From Octopus sinensis (lineage: Eukaryota), in assembly GCF_006345805.1 (NCBI RefSeq), contig NC_043011.1, positions 63,128,464-63,192,463 on the forward strand: DNA of 64,000 nt, in the 5' to 3' direction. Numbering within the stretch: position 1 is the first letter of the stretch; each line of letters starts with the position of its first letter. A program made the translations under genes and the position numbers. Shown here one piece after another: positions 41,617-54,900 of this stretch. A model generated the notes under the pieces. The model was not told the DNA's origin. It worked only from the letters and a program-made list of their open reading frames with translations, and ran no database searches.

Positions 41617-42845
41617 AATAGGTGAATGAATTATCCTAGCATGGAAAATTCGTTTAACCGATACCTGGGTAGCAAATTCACGTCAGAAAACACTGTTGAA
41701 GCGACCCGTCAAGGGGAGAAGCTCCGGGTATTAGTGTCGAAATTTGTGTGTTTTTTTAATGAATAAATGAAAGAATGGAGTCGAACGAAGCTGTTAACAA
41801 AATTCATTTACTCTCGGCACATATTTGTAATACCGTTTTCCGCACGGTATTACAAACCAGATATATTTTTTCATGAACTTTGAATTGTTCCTAGTGTTAT
41901 TTGTGACAGTAAGGGGAAAATTTATTTTATTTACAGAGGTGCTGGCACTATTAGAACCCCTGTACATAAAATACATCCTGTACGGACTAGGGAAGGTAAA
42001 CGCCTCCCAACTCCAAATTTCCCCTTACAGTCACAAATAACACAAACAGGTTATCTGGTTTGTAATACCGTTCTGAAAACAAATCAAATCGAAACTTCCG
42101 TTACAATTCCGTGAAGCCGTTGCAAGGAAATTTCTCAGCAATTCTAGATATCATTCTATTATCAATTCACACAAGGTAAGAATAGCAGTCTCTAACACTA
42201 GGAACGTTTCGGAAATTATTTCTTCCCATAATAACAAGCTGCTAAACAAAAATTCTTCACCCGGGAGTTCCAGCACAAATCTTACCAATTCCAACCCATC
42301 ATACAATCATAATAATAGAAATAGTATTGCTAGTAAAAGCATTCGTAGCAGCGTTAGTGTTAGCAATGATAATATTAATTAAAGTATTAGTCGGGTTAAT
42401 AACAGCGGGAGTGTTGATGGTAACAACAACAACGGTACTATTGTAGGGGATATTGCTGGTTGTAGTACAATTAATAATAATAATAGTAATAGAAATAGTC
42501 TAGTTGTTAACGCTAGTAGTAATAAAAACAGCAATAATAACAATAAAAACTGATAAGGACAGAAAAAATTTGTAACATTTGTAATTCTGAACTCTTCTAT
42601 ATCCTTTTCACTAAGGTTCCCCTAGTAAACACATTCATACAAAAATACTATAAATGTAAACATTGGCAGAAAGACACTTTCCACTCATATAAATGATATA
42701 GATAACCACTGTAGTTTTAACAATTAGCTTCTCGACAACACCACTGCCAGAGACAAATTCTTTCCTATGCCTTCGAACTTTCTTTCTGCTGCTCCGTTTA
42801 TTGTCCATTGCTACTAAATATCATTGACGTATGTTTATATATATA

Positions 42846-42903
<58 letters not shown>

Positions 42904-44060
42904 ATATATAACACACGCAATCAAACACACAGCCACAAATTTTACACCTTACTACTAAGTATATTTGACGTTTGTCTCCCTCACACGCACAATCACAATT
43001 ACACGCACACAGACACAAATGCAGTTATATACACACACTCATACACATACACAAAAACTCGCACTCATTAACACAAGCACACACCCGCACATCCCCATAC
43101 ATACAGCATACATAGTGTCCCCTACCTATTTTAATACTTCCTCATTCTACCCATTTTTGACGTCATTTCTTATAACGGATTATTTTAAAAAAAACACTCA
43201 TTATCACTGTGGTCACCATGTAAGCAATCATCAAAAGCTTATGTTCATCTTGTGGCTGAAAGAGGCTCCTTTTCTTTCCTGATGAGAAGATGGCATAATG
43301 CACCCTTTTTTCCTTCGGAATTAAAAGAATGCCGTCTTTGAAACATGTGTCAAGAGTAAAGGAATTTTGTTAAATTCTTCGTTCGACTCCATTCATTCTT
43401 TATATTCATATATATTATTATATATATATATATTATATATATATATATAATATATGACTCCACACATACACAGACAGATGCACACAGAGACACACACACT
43501 CTCACACACGCACACGCTCATAAACACAAACAAATACACAGATATACACATGTCAGAAAGTAGCAAAACTATTCCTATTTTATCTTGTGTTTTAGTCGTG
43601 TGAAAATGTGGGACGAGTGTTTCATTGGCGTATCTAAATATTGTTCTTTCGTGTTCAAGACAGTGATAAGAGTGATGTGCATCGGTAAGTTTTATGCTAT
43701 TTTATATTTCGTAAATCCTTGTCTTTGAAGATATAATCTTTTTGCCTAACTTCAGAATTCTAAATTAAAATATAGCAAACTAGAATTTGGATCAAACCCT
43801 CATGTATTGGTACACTTATATACACATAACTAACCGCTTAAATATACACCACAGACACATCTCTTACATTACAGTATATTTATCATTTATTGTACTAACG
43901 AAGTTCTCATCTTACTAATAATACACTATGTCACTGCTATGCATTCTATACTTTTCTTATGATAGTGAATTATAATCGTCAAACCAAAACAGTTTTAGAA
44001 TAATACTAAGTAAAATACGTTGTATAATTTCAATCACACTTCTTTCTCTTTACAGATTGA
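35352..44060 (+). CDS. Secreted 6-Cys peptide precursor, copy 5 (79 aa, most divergent): join 35352-35397, 37816-37915, 43596-43684, 44056-44060; [79 protein letters not shown]
   Basis: Exons 2-4 intact with all six Cys. Exon 1 has -1/+2/-1 indels that sum to zero and may be consensus errors. AATAAA 44103-44108. Confidence 0.7.
38922..39333 (+). mobile_element. Non-autonomous Helitron-like element (U5-specific)
   Basis: 5' TCTATA start, internal GT-rich microsatellite, aaccgattctgatgaaacttg motif, 3' gcaacgccgggcgatactgcttgt (degenerate hairpin plus CTAG-like end). Confidence 0.6.
39474..40958 (+). mobile_element. Decayed 5'-truncated CR1-clade LINE (RT to 3' UTR), tail (atctaagttt)2
   Basis: FERVLRSRI...QHDFRCGR...[20 protein letters not shown] and FANDTK split by frameshifts and stops; 3' end matches the LINE at 50412. 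Confidence 0.9.
41615..43410 (+). mobile_element. Penelope-like element remnant with inverted terminal segments (41761-41811 vs 43357-43408)
   Basis: 42110-42260 translates ...ARKFL...[33 protein letters not shown], resembling the PLE RT C-terminal KIFN..T.K.SYS...N...II..HN.K.L pattern; hammerhead at the 3' end. Confidence 0.65.
43268..43362 (+). ncRNA. Type I hammerhead-like fold, sense to the host gene
   Basis: CUGAUGA 43279-85; 11-bp helix II gaagatggcat/atgccgtcttt; GAAA 43340-43; ACAUGUGUC helix III with GUC; helix I 9 of 11 pairs but a C.A mismatch at the core-proximal pair. Confidence 0.55.
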
Positions 44061-44419
44061 AAACATCTATTTTGTACCCACTTCGATGATCGGTTTCCAA
44101 TCAATAAATAGGAATATAGATTTGACACGGAAAAAATTTGAAAAGGAGAAAAAAGGTTTATGTAAATAAATGTATTTATGAGCATCGTATAGTTTGGTTG
44201 TTTTTTCGTATTTGTAGATCATTGAACGAAGGACCTATATGCAAAACCAGATGATAAACAAGCTGTGCTACACAATAGAAGGTACCTTTATTTCTGCTCT
44301 TCCTACATGCAAGGAGATAGGCATACATCCATAAGGACAGGTGCCACTCGGCCCGTTCCTGTTTTCGTAATCAATTGTTCGGTGCTGAGGAGAGGAACGG
44401 CTGTTGTGGCCGATGAAGG

Positions 44420-44484
<65 letters not shown>

Positions 44485-44746
44485 GATGCTGCTGCTGCTG
44501 CTGCTGTTGCTACCATTGTTGTTGATGAGGTTCCGAACTGACAGAATCGTAAGCACGCTGTACAAAATGGCTGACGGCATTTTGTAACTTTTTACGTTCT
44601 GAGTTCAAATTCTGACGTGGTCGACTTTGCCTTTCATTCTGTTCGCGTCGATAAAATAAGTCGATAAAATAAGTACCAGCCAAGCACTAGGGTCGATGGA
44701 ATCCCCTCCCCCGAAATAGCTGGCATTCACCCAAAATTGAAGCCTG

Positions 44747-44779
<33 letters not shown>

Positions 44780-44796
44780 TATTATTATTATTATTA

Positions 44797-44832
<36 letters not shown>

Positions 44833-45659
44833 GATACTAGTAAGACAAATGGTATTGCATAGTATTTTCGTTAAGAGGAATGTAATCTTGTAGTGTGTTG
44901 CCACGTGTACTCCTATATCAAGAATCTTTCTCTGAATCATTCGTTTTCTTCTTCTTCTTCTCCTTCTCCTTCATCTTCATCTTCTTCTTTTCTCTCCTCC
45001 TCTCCTTCTTTCTCTTCTTCTTTCATCTGTTTGTCCTTCCCTTTTTCTTCTTCTTCTCCCCCCCCCCTCTTTAGCTTTAATTATCATTGAATCTAGAAAT
45101 TCTAGAAAGCAATGTATTAACGGCATTGTTAACACCAATGGCATTTAGATGCGATTCTCCAACAATATTTCATTTAAATAATCGTTTTGTCTAAGTTGCT
45201 GGATATTCAATGCATATTAACAACGTAATATATATAACAAAAGCGATATAAAACCTCATTTTGTCGGTGGCAACACGAATCCATATAAAATTTCCTCGAA
45301 GAAATGATGGTAGGTTCATGTGTAGCTTTTAAAAGTATCAGTATAAAAAAAAAATTTCAATTGAAAAAAGCTTATTATAATGCGGCCATATTCCCGCATT
45401 GTAACGTTGCAGTTAATGTAGATTAAAATAGATTTCTTTGTCGATTCAGTTCCATATATGCACCATAATAATTAGAACACCCAAGAGATACCGATAAATG
45501 GTTTTATATATGTCTTTAGATTATAATTTACAACGTCAAATACTACAAATGTCATTCGTCTTTGTAGTTCAAGAACATCTGTTACACCAGAGTCCATCTT
45601 ACGATGTCAAATAATAATTTAATTGGTTACTACAATACTAAAAATTTAGTTCAAGGAAA

Positions 45660-45913
45660 ATGCCCAGGAAAATGCCCAGGAAAAGATGTTCCTTATTTAT
45701 ATCATTTCTCGTTTTCGGTAAGATACTTTGTGCTTTTATGCACTTGCCTGTTCTAAAATACCCGTGTTTGAGGAAGGAATATTTTCTATTCTAGCTATCC
45801 ATCTATCTGTTCGTCTGTCTGTATGTCTGCCTGTCTGTTAGTAACTAATCTCTCTGTTTCTCTACCAAACCAACTAATATGTATGTACGTATGTATGTAT
45901 GTATGTATGTATG

Positions 45914-45950
<37 letters not shown>

Positions 45951-45974
45951 CTCTATCTATCTATCTATCTTTCC

Positions 45975-46026
<52 letters not shown>

Positions 46027-47202
46027 ATCTATCTAACTATCTATCTATCTATCCATCTATCTATCTATCTATCCATCTATACATCTATCTATCTATCTAT
46101 CTATCCATCGATCAATCTATCTTTCTATCTATCTAGCTGCCTACACCTATTTTCTAGTATCTCCGTATATGCCGCTCAGGACATCAACATCCGCTGCTGT
46201 CTTTATGCACATACATAAGCACATTTGAATATATATAACTTCATTAATTTACTTTGACACTCAAATAATCCTAGCTGCTTCAGTGCGTCGCTATCGTCGA
46301 CTACGAAGGACTTTGATAACTTTGAGATGAGTGCAGTGCTAAATTCTTAGGTATTTCAATGCTTAATACACCAAACTTCTCACGGATACGAACTCTGCAT
46401 CACTATTATAGATTTGGGAGCACAAAACATGATGCCTCGTCTTCCCAATGCTCTTCTTTGTATACCTAGAATTTGTTTTCGAAATCATTGACTGGATTGG
46501 TACCATGAACATCGACTGTAGTTATGGTCTGAAACGCATATTACACTTATTGATCTTGACATAGTCATTTACCCCCAAAATAGGGAAATTTGAGAATAGA
46601 GCGAGATGGACGATGTGATAGCATATTACATACCGAAAGCACAAGTCCTGTACTGGATTTTTCGTAAGTTTTACAGACGGCAGGTGGAACATTTCAATTG
46701 CTGAGTGGTATACAAGAAATACAAAAAGACCACTCGGCAACATACACGATGATGAGAAGACGACATAGTCAAACGATTTGGCCCAAGATGAGAAAGAAGG
46801 AGGATAAATCAAGAATCAATTAGAAGTGCATATTGATTAACGGTCGATAACAAAAGTCGATAGTCTGATTGGATCGTTGATATATGATGTACGTTCTTTC
46901 AATTGTTTCAGCACGACTGAAGCACGACTTTTAATCGAGCAAATCGATGACAAGACTTATATTTTGTAAGCCTAGTACTTATTTTATCGGCCTCTTTAGC
47001 CGAACCGCTAATGCTACGGGGACGTAAACACACCAGCGTCGTTGGAGGAATAATCAAGCACACATACACACACACACACAGACATACAAACACACACACA
47101 TATTCCCATAAAAATATCTGTCAAATAAAAGCATAATAGGCCAGATATTGTTTGTAACATAGGGTCAAAGGTACGTGTCTTCATTATGTATAGCTACACT
47201 GC

Positions 47203-47242
<40 letters not shown>

Positions 47243-48153
47243 AATTTAGGAGTGACCCTTAACAGGCCATTCGTCCACCAGAAAGAGCAGCCATAACTCA
47301 CACCGCCAAGTAGTAGTAATTCAGAAATTAGGTGATATATATATATTATATATATATTTGTGTGTGTGTGTATGTGTGTGTATGTGTGTGTGCAATATAT
47401 ATGTGTATATATGTATATATATATATACATAGACATATATTCATAACTACACACACCCACACACACATATATATATATATGTATATGTCTGCTTCCCGAT
47501 AACGCTTAGCTAGTTCTGTGTCGGTACGTGTTCAATATTAAAATAGGCTTTGTGCATCTGTCATTGTATAAGTTGTGATGTGGCAAAATTACATTTACAA
47601 CAACAAAAAAAATATTATTTTCTGCTTTTATCTGAGGAAAAAAAAACACGAAACTACGAAGACGATCGCTTTACAGGGAACCCTCAGCGCTAACATCGTT
47701 ACGTACTTATTTCCTGCATTATATGGTCAAGGTTTTGGTTATAAAAATGGATATTTATCATCTTGCCTTGCAGAGAACTGTTAGAACTCCTCTCATTTCA
47801 GATCAATCAATCAATTAATACCTTATTAATTGCTCATTTTTGTGTTCTTTCACTTTGTTACTTACGAGTAAAATAACTTGTTTCGAAGTTGAAGACGGAA
47901 AATTTCAATATATTTCTTCTCTTTTATATTCAGGAATCGCTTTGACAGAGCTTTGCACTGATACGGCGAAGTCATATTGCCGAGAGGCGAACGATAAATA
48001 TCCCTATGCCCGGACTGATGAGGAATACTGCAAGTAAGAAGGACATTATTTATGGTCTCCACTTCCTCTTCTCACACTTCCATCTCTTTTTCTACTTCCT
48101 CTTCTTTGCACTACTACTATTACCACTACTGCTGCTGCTGTTGCTGCTGCACC

Positions 48154-48191
<38 letters not shown>

Positions 48192-48871
48192 AACAATATA
48201 TTTATTGAATTTCACGACGCTATTCGATATTTGCCCGGATGTCTTTTTAGAAGTTACTTTGTGTATATATAGTTGATCCTTATTAATTAAAATGACGCTA
48301 ATGATATTGGTGTGACGCTACCAGTAAAATCAATCGGTAAATGTTCTTGATATTGTTGCTTATTTGAATGAAATCTGAATTAGTATTTTTGATCCTGAGC
48401 AGAATATTCTAGACAATAGTCATATTTTAGATAAACTTCATGTATAACACGCAAAACTTTTCTAATAAAGGAATAATTCCTGAAATGTTTTAAAGGATGA
48501 AATGCAATGTCGACCCCAGCGGAATTCAAACTCGGAACGTAGTGGCAGAAGAAACACCGCTAAGCATTTCGGACGGCTTTCTAATGATTCTGCCACATCG
48601 CCGCCTGCATAACACACAAAACTGACACTGATATCATTTGATCCCACACCGTAGTCAATATATGTGTGTGTGTGTGTGTGTCGTTAATTAAGTACCAGCT
48701 ACGTACGGAATTCTTTTAGTAATATGAATGGACACACGCATGAACCCACCACATATGTATAAATAATGAACGACATATAATATATAATTACGGGAGATGT
48801 ACATGCGCAGGACGAGAACGAGAGAAAAAATATGAAGATGTGGAGAAACATTTTTGAAACGTGAAAGAGGG

Positions 48872-48905
<34 letters not shown>

Positions 48906-49047
48906 CTGATAGAAACGGCACGTGAGTGAGAGGGGGAAGAACAAGGTATTTATGGAAGGATGGGGGAAGAAACTATATGTACATAAGCTATATACATGCA
49001 TACGTAGATATATATAGACATACAAGTATATATATATACATACATAT

Positions 49048-49089
<42 letters not shown>

Positions 49090-49248
49090 AGAGAAGAAAA
49101 TGGAATGGATATAGTAACATGTGAGACCTAGCACGCTAATAGACGGGGCGACTTTGGATTTAATATTATCCCTGGGAGGAACTAATGTCCTCCAGCTTGT
49201 AACCTATATATATATGTACATATATATATATTTATATATATATATTAT

Positions 49249-49304
<56 letters not shown>

Positions 49305-50361
49305 GTTTTAGAAAGGAGCTTCTACAGGACTAGAACTGTTTCATTCAAAGGAAATCATCAGGAAGCTTGCTGTCAAATAAGTTTTGGCATTTATACGTTT
49401 AGGCAGGTTTAATGGGGTGGTGGTGGGGTCATTTTTTGGGTAAGCAGGGCACAAACTGTCTTTCTTAGGGGAGTGGTCAAAAGAATCAGTGATAAATTAA
49501 ATAAATAAATGAATAAATAGAGAAATTGAATAGAGTTTTAGGTAAATAAGAAGACTATCGCTTACATATATATATATATACATATATATACACACATACA
49601 CATACATACACACACATACACATACATACACACACACATATATATACATACACACATATATACAAATACACATTCACATACATGCCAACACGCAAACACA
49701 CGCACACATATATCTACACAAATATAAATAAATATACACACCCATACACACACACACATATATATGTATATATACATACATATACACACACATTATATAC
49801 ATATATACACACATATATATACACATATATATATATATATACATATGTATATACATATATACACACACATACATATACACATACATACATACACACATAT
49901 ATACATATATATACGCTTACACATACATACACACACATATATATAAATATATATACACACATATATATATTTTTTTCTCTCCTCATCTTCCTCCCTTATC
50001 TTATTTTTATTTTTATTTTGACCTTCTTCAGAATCATAAAAGGTATAATGTATGACCCACCCACCCGCCCACACACATTTATAGTGGCGCTAGATTAGAC
50101 AAACGCTAAAAGTTCTTAGAACACCCCAGCGTTCCAGCAGGCCTAAATATAATCCATCTACCGCTCCCCTCTCCCTTCCTTTCTATCTCTTGACCCACGG
50201 ATACAAACGCCAACACTCACACACACTCATACTCACACGCACACTCGTACACATACACAAACACGCATGTTCTCTCACTCATTTCCTTCTCATCCACTTA
50301 TACTTATGTATATATATATCTCTACAAGCACATATATATATACACATATATATATATATAT

Positions 50362-50393
<32 letters not shown>

Positions 50394-53300
50394 TATACAC
50401 ACATATATATATAACTGAGAATAACTTAGAAAGGTTTTGGCCAGTATTGGCCCAGGCCATGTCTAACTTAATAGCACCACCTGGCGAAGTCTTTCAATTC
50501 AGGATTTGGGCACCAAGGCCCATTCGAGCTGAGAGTTATTGTTTGCGGAGACATATCCGGGTGTGGGTGGTTTGTCCGAGACTGTTTCAAGGAATTTGTC
50601 CAAAGACTTCTTGAATTTTGTGTGGTCAGTTTCTTTTTTGACGTGTCCTGGTGTAATGTTGAAGAGAGTGGGTCCAATTGAGGTGAAATAGTTGTGCCGT
50701 ATTGTCGTTATGTGATGGGATTTAGATTTTTGTTGTGGACGGATGGCACGTAGTCCAAGCCTTGGATGTATTTGAAGGTGATGCCAACATCATTCGGACA
50801 GTGCTGATGGAATATTTTTCCAATCATACAGATAATGTAGCGTTCACGGCGTCGTTGGAGTGAATACAGTTTCAGCTTCTCTAGTCTACTACCAGTACCC
50901 CATAGTCAAGGTCTGACATGCATCTATCTTTTTGTGATTGACCTTTGGGGAGCTTCAATTCTCATAATATTTTATTTTGTGTAGGGAGACCCAGTGGACA
51001 GCAGTATTCAAGGTGGGGTCGGGCAAAATTGGAGAAGAGAAGGATAATAGTGTGGGAATCTCTTGACTGGAAGTTCTGAGAATCAGGAACACATTCTGCG
51101 GGGGCCATGTCAACTTTGCTGCTTATATGTGTAGCCCGCTTATGTTGTTGTCCACTGTTACTCCCAGTTCTGATGTTGTTGGATGTCATGAGAATTTCTC
51201 CAGAGGAAGAGAGGTATGGGAGTTTCAGAGCGTCCCTCCCTTCCAAAGTGGATCAGTCCGAATTTGTCTTCATTTAGCAACATGTTATTCTTTTCGCGCC
51301 CATTGGACAACACCAGTAGGTCTGACTGAAGCTTATTCGGTCATCCACGCATTGATGACTTTCTGGAGCTTGGAATCATCAGCGAAGGTTCTGATGTTAC
51401 TGTGTTTGATGGTGTCAGTAATATCATTTATGTAGATGATGAAGAGAAGTGAGCCCAACACAGTACCTTGTGGGACACCACTGCTGACTTTGGCTGGGCT
51501 GGATTTGACTCCTTCGACTACAACATGTTGGGTTCTGTTAGACAGGAAGCACTTGATCCACTGCAGCAGCTTTCCAGTGATACCAATATTGGACAGTTTC
51601 TCAGAAGGATCTTATATCCCCTGTCAAAGGCCTTGCTGAAATCAAGGTAGATGACATCAGTGTTGGAACCCTCTCCCAAGGCTCTCAAAATGTCATCAAA
51701 ATGATGCAGTAGCTGCGTCAGGCAATCTCTCCCATTACGGAATCCATGATGGTTAGGGTTCAGCATATTATGACTCTCAAGGAAGTGAGTCATACGCGAT
51801 CTCAGCACTCTCTCAAATACCTTAATGATATGAGAGGTGAGTGAGATTGGACGGTAATTCACGGCAAGCGATTTGTTTCCATTCTTGAAAACTGGGACAA
51901 CAGACTGGGATAGGTCTTCTGGTATATATCCAGCATCCAGTGAGTTCCGCCACAGATTGGCTAGAGGGGTGCAAGTTGGTTTTGACACATCTTCAAGACA
52001 CAAGAAGGGAACCTATCGGGACCTACTGCTGAATTATGCTTCATTTCCTTTATTGCTGCTAAGACATATAATCCGATAAAGTGTATTGGGGAGTAACATC
52101 ACTGATACAGCCCAGATCAGTCATATCAGGATTGCTGAAAACAGAGGCAATATTGTTTCTGCAATATCTCTCCCATGGTTTTGGCATTGTCTTGAAGAGT
52201 CCATTTTCATCAATCAGAGGGCCAACAGTAGAACCAGTGACTCTGTTGTTTTTGCAAATGAAAAGAACACTCTTTGGGATTCATTTGATCTTCTCAATGG
52301 CCCAGGCCTCTTCAGCTCGTCGCTGACTATTGATGATAGACATCATGTTGTTTTGGAGTTTATGTTTGTTTAATCTCTAGCGACGAGATGGCAGTCAGGT
52401 TGGTGTGTTGCTGTTGACAGTATTTCAGCTTGTTGATTTTTTTGTTAATTATTTTAATTTTCCTGATGAGAGATTTTCTATTTCTAGGGATTCGACACTT
52501 AGATTTGTTTGCAGATCTTAATGCGGTGTGTTTTGCACATATATTCGTAATGGTGTCTACAAATGACTGCCAGGACTTTTTGATGTTAGTGGGTGTGTAT
52601 GTGTGCGTGAAGGACCAATCGACTTGTGCAAGATCATTATTGATCGCTTCCCAGTTTGCATTGTGGAAATCCATAGTGTCAAATGGATGAACAGGATGGA
52701 TGACATTTGTTTTGCATTTTGGCCAGTGAAATCTCAGATCCCAGAGAACCATGTCATGATCTGAGAGTAGGATTTTCTCCACTGCAATATTGTGGATAGT
52801 ATCAGTGTGATTGCTGAAAATTAAGTCTAAGACGTTTTTATGACATCTTGTTGGTTCGAGTACCAGTTGGGACAGGGAGAAATCATCCATGAAGTCAAGA
52901 AGCCATTCCACTGCCTCCCTCTCAGGGGTTGAGAGAGACGAACCTGGCGGCAGACTGTTTGTAGACCAGTCAACCCCGGGAAAGTTGAAGTCTCCCATCA
53001 TTAAAATGTTGTCAGTTTGACACTGCTGAATGAAACACTTTATGCTGTTGAGGCATTCCTTGAAGCATGGTAGGGGTGTTTGGGGTGGTCTGTAGAGCCC
53101 AACTACTGTTAAGTTGTTGGTTTGACTGAATACAGCGACTGCTTCGCAGTATCCATTGGAAAATGTGTTCATGGCTTCTGTTGAGAATGAATCATGAACA
53201 TAAATGGCAGTCCCACCCTTTCTTCTGCCAGCACGATCAGCACGAATGGTTTTGAAATTTTTAACTTCCACCTCGGCTTCCAAGTAGAGGTTACTAAGAT

Positions 53301-54843
53301 GGGTTTCAGTGAGGACGAAGAAAGGGATGTGGTTTGGATGAGCATCGGCCCAGTCCTCCAGGAATCTTATCTTCCATTTTTGTGTATTGGTGGAAGGCTG
53401 ATGCCTTGGGCATTAAGCAAAAATGTTGAGGCGAGAGTGGATGGTTTTAATTGTTTTGGTGATTTGTTTATTTGATTGCTTTTTAATGGCATGTGCAGTG
53501 GGGTAATAGTGGTGGATAGTGGTGGGTGATAGCTCGGATGTTTTTACCAGTTCTTTTGCTAGATTCATTATAGCTAAAAAAGAGGAAGGAGAGGTGGTTT
53601 CCTGTCTAGGGAACTGTAGGTGACTATGGTTGTGGTTATTTTTTATATGAGTGGTTATTTCTATATGAGTCGTAGGTGTTTTGCTTTTATTTTTATTTAT
53701 AATGTCATTTGTCCGACGAGTCCTCGGGAGATGGGTAAAGGGGCAATCCCTGTGCAAATACAATCTGTCTCGCTGGGAATAGCGGCAGATTTGGGGATTT
53801 CTTGTTTGAGATATTGGTGGTTGTGGTGGTGTTGTATTATGGTGGTTGCTGTTGTAGTTTGTGGGGATAGAGCGTTTTGTTCCAGGTAAATGGGTGAAAT
53901 TGCAGTCTCTATCAGTGCACAGTCTATGGCGAAGAGAATATCGGCAAATGATGGAGTTTCGAGTGGGTGTGTAGGTGTGTGTGTGTGTGAGTTGTGAGAG
54001 GTGTAGATGATAGTTTGTTGAAGTTTCGGCGACCTTTGTGACCTGTAGGAGGTAAGTTCCTTGAGATAGCATTAGTAGTAGTAGTTGTAGTAGTAGTAGT
54101 AGTAGTAGGTAGAAGAGATGTTGACAGTGATAATGATGAGATAGCGGTAGACAAAGATGTTTGTCGATACATAGTGGGAGTAGTACTAGTAGTAGTAAGC
54201 AGAGGAGATGTTGTTGACAATGATGATGATTGAGCTGCTGGGGCAGTGAAAGGAAGGGGTGGTGCTTCCTGCTGTGTGAACCTGATGACTGGGGGGTCAA
54301 TCGTTTCGTTTAGCAAATCGGCCATTGTAGATGAATCAAGGAGTGGTTCATCCTGTTGTTGTTGCCGCTGAGGTTGTTGTTGTTGCTGTATCTGTTGTTG
54401 TTGTTGCTGTTGCCGCTGAGTTTGTTGTTGAGGTTGTTGTTGTTGTTGCCGCTGAGGTTGTTGCTGCTGAAGTTGTTGTTGTTGCTGTAGCTGTTGTTGT
54501 TGTTGTTGCCGCTGAGTTTGTTGTTGAGGTTGTTGTTGTTGTTGTTGTTATGGCGCCATTGATGCGTTCGAAGAGAAAACACATCTCAGTTTATCGAAGT
54601 GTTTATTTATTACTTTAAAAGCAACTTCGATATGTTTAAATTTATTTTGTATCTGCTGTTCAGATCGAGTTTGCAAATGGCGAACTGTTCGTTTTGCAAT
54701 TTCGTTCAGACACGAAGCACCTATGCTCTCTGTTTGGGTAAGGCCATGCCATGTGTTGATAAGAACGTCGACTTCATTATCAGACTTCGAACTTTCTTTC
54801 TGCTCCGTTTATTGTTCCATTTCTACTAAATATCTTTGACGTA

Positions 54844-54900
<57 letters not shown>

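Noticed and set aside
41690-41760. CTGTTGA...GAAA fold with a pairing helix I; similar CTGAGGA...GAAA at 37075-37100 (minus)
   Set aside because: Core mutated and/or G at the cleavage position; at best dead hammerhead relics.
54331-54584. Mucin-like Thr/Asn/Val-rich ORFs
   Set aside because: An (AAC)-based minisatellite within the LINE ORF1 region, with stops on both sides.
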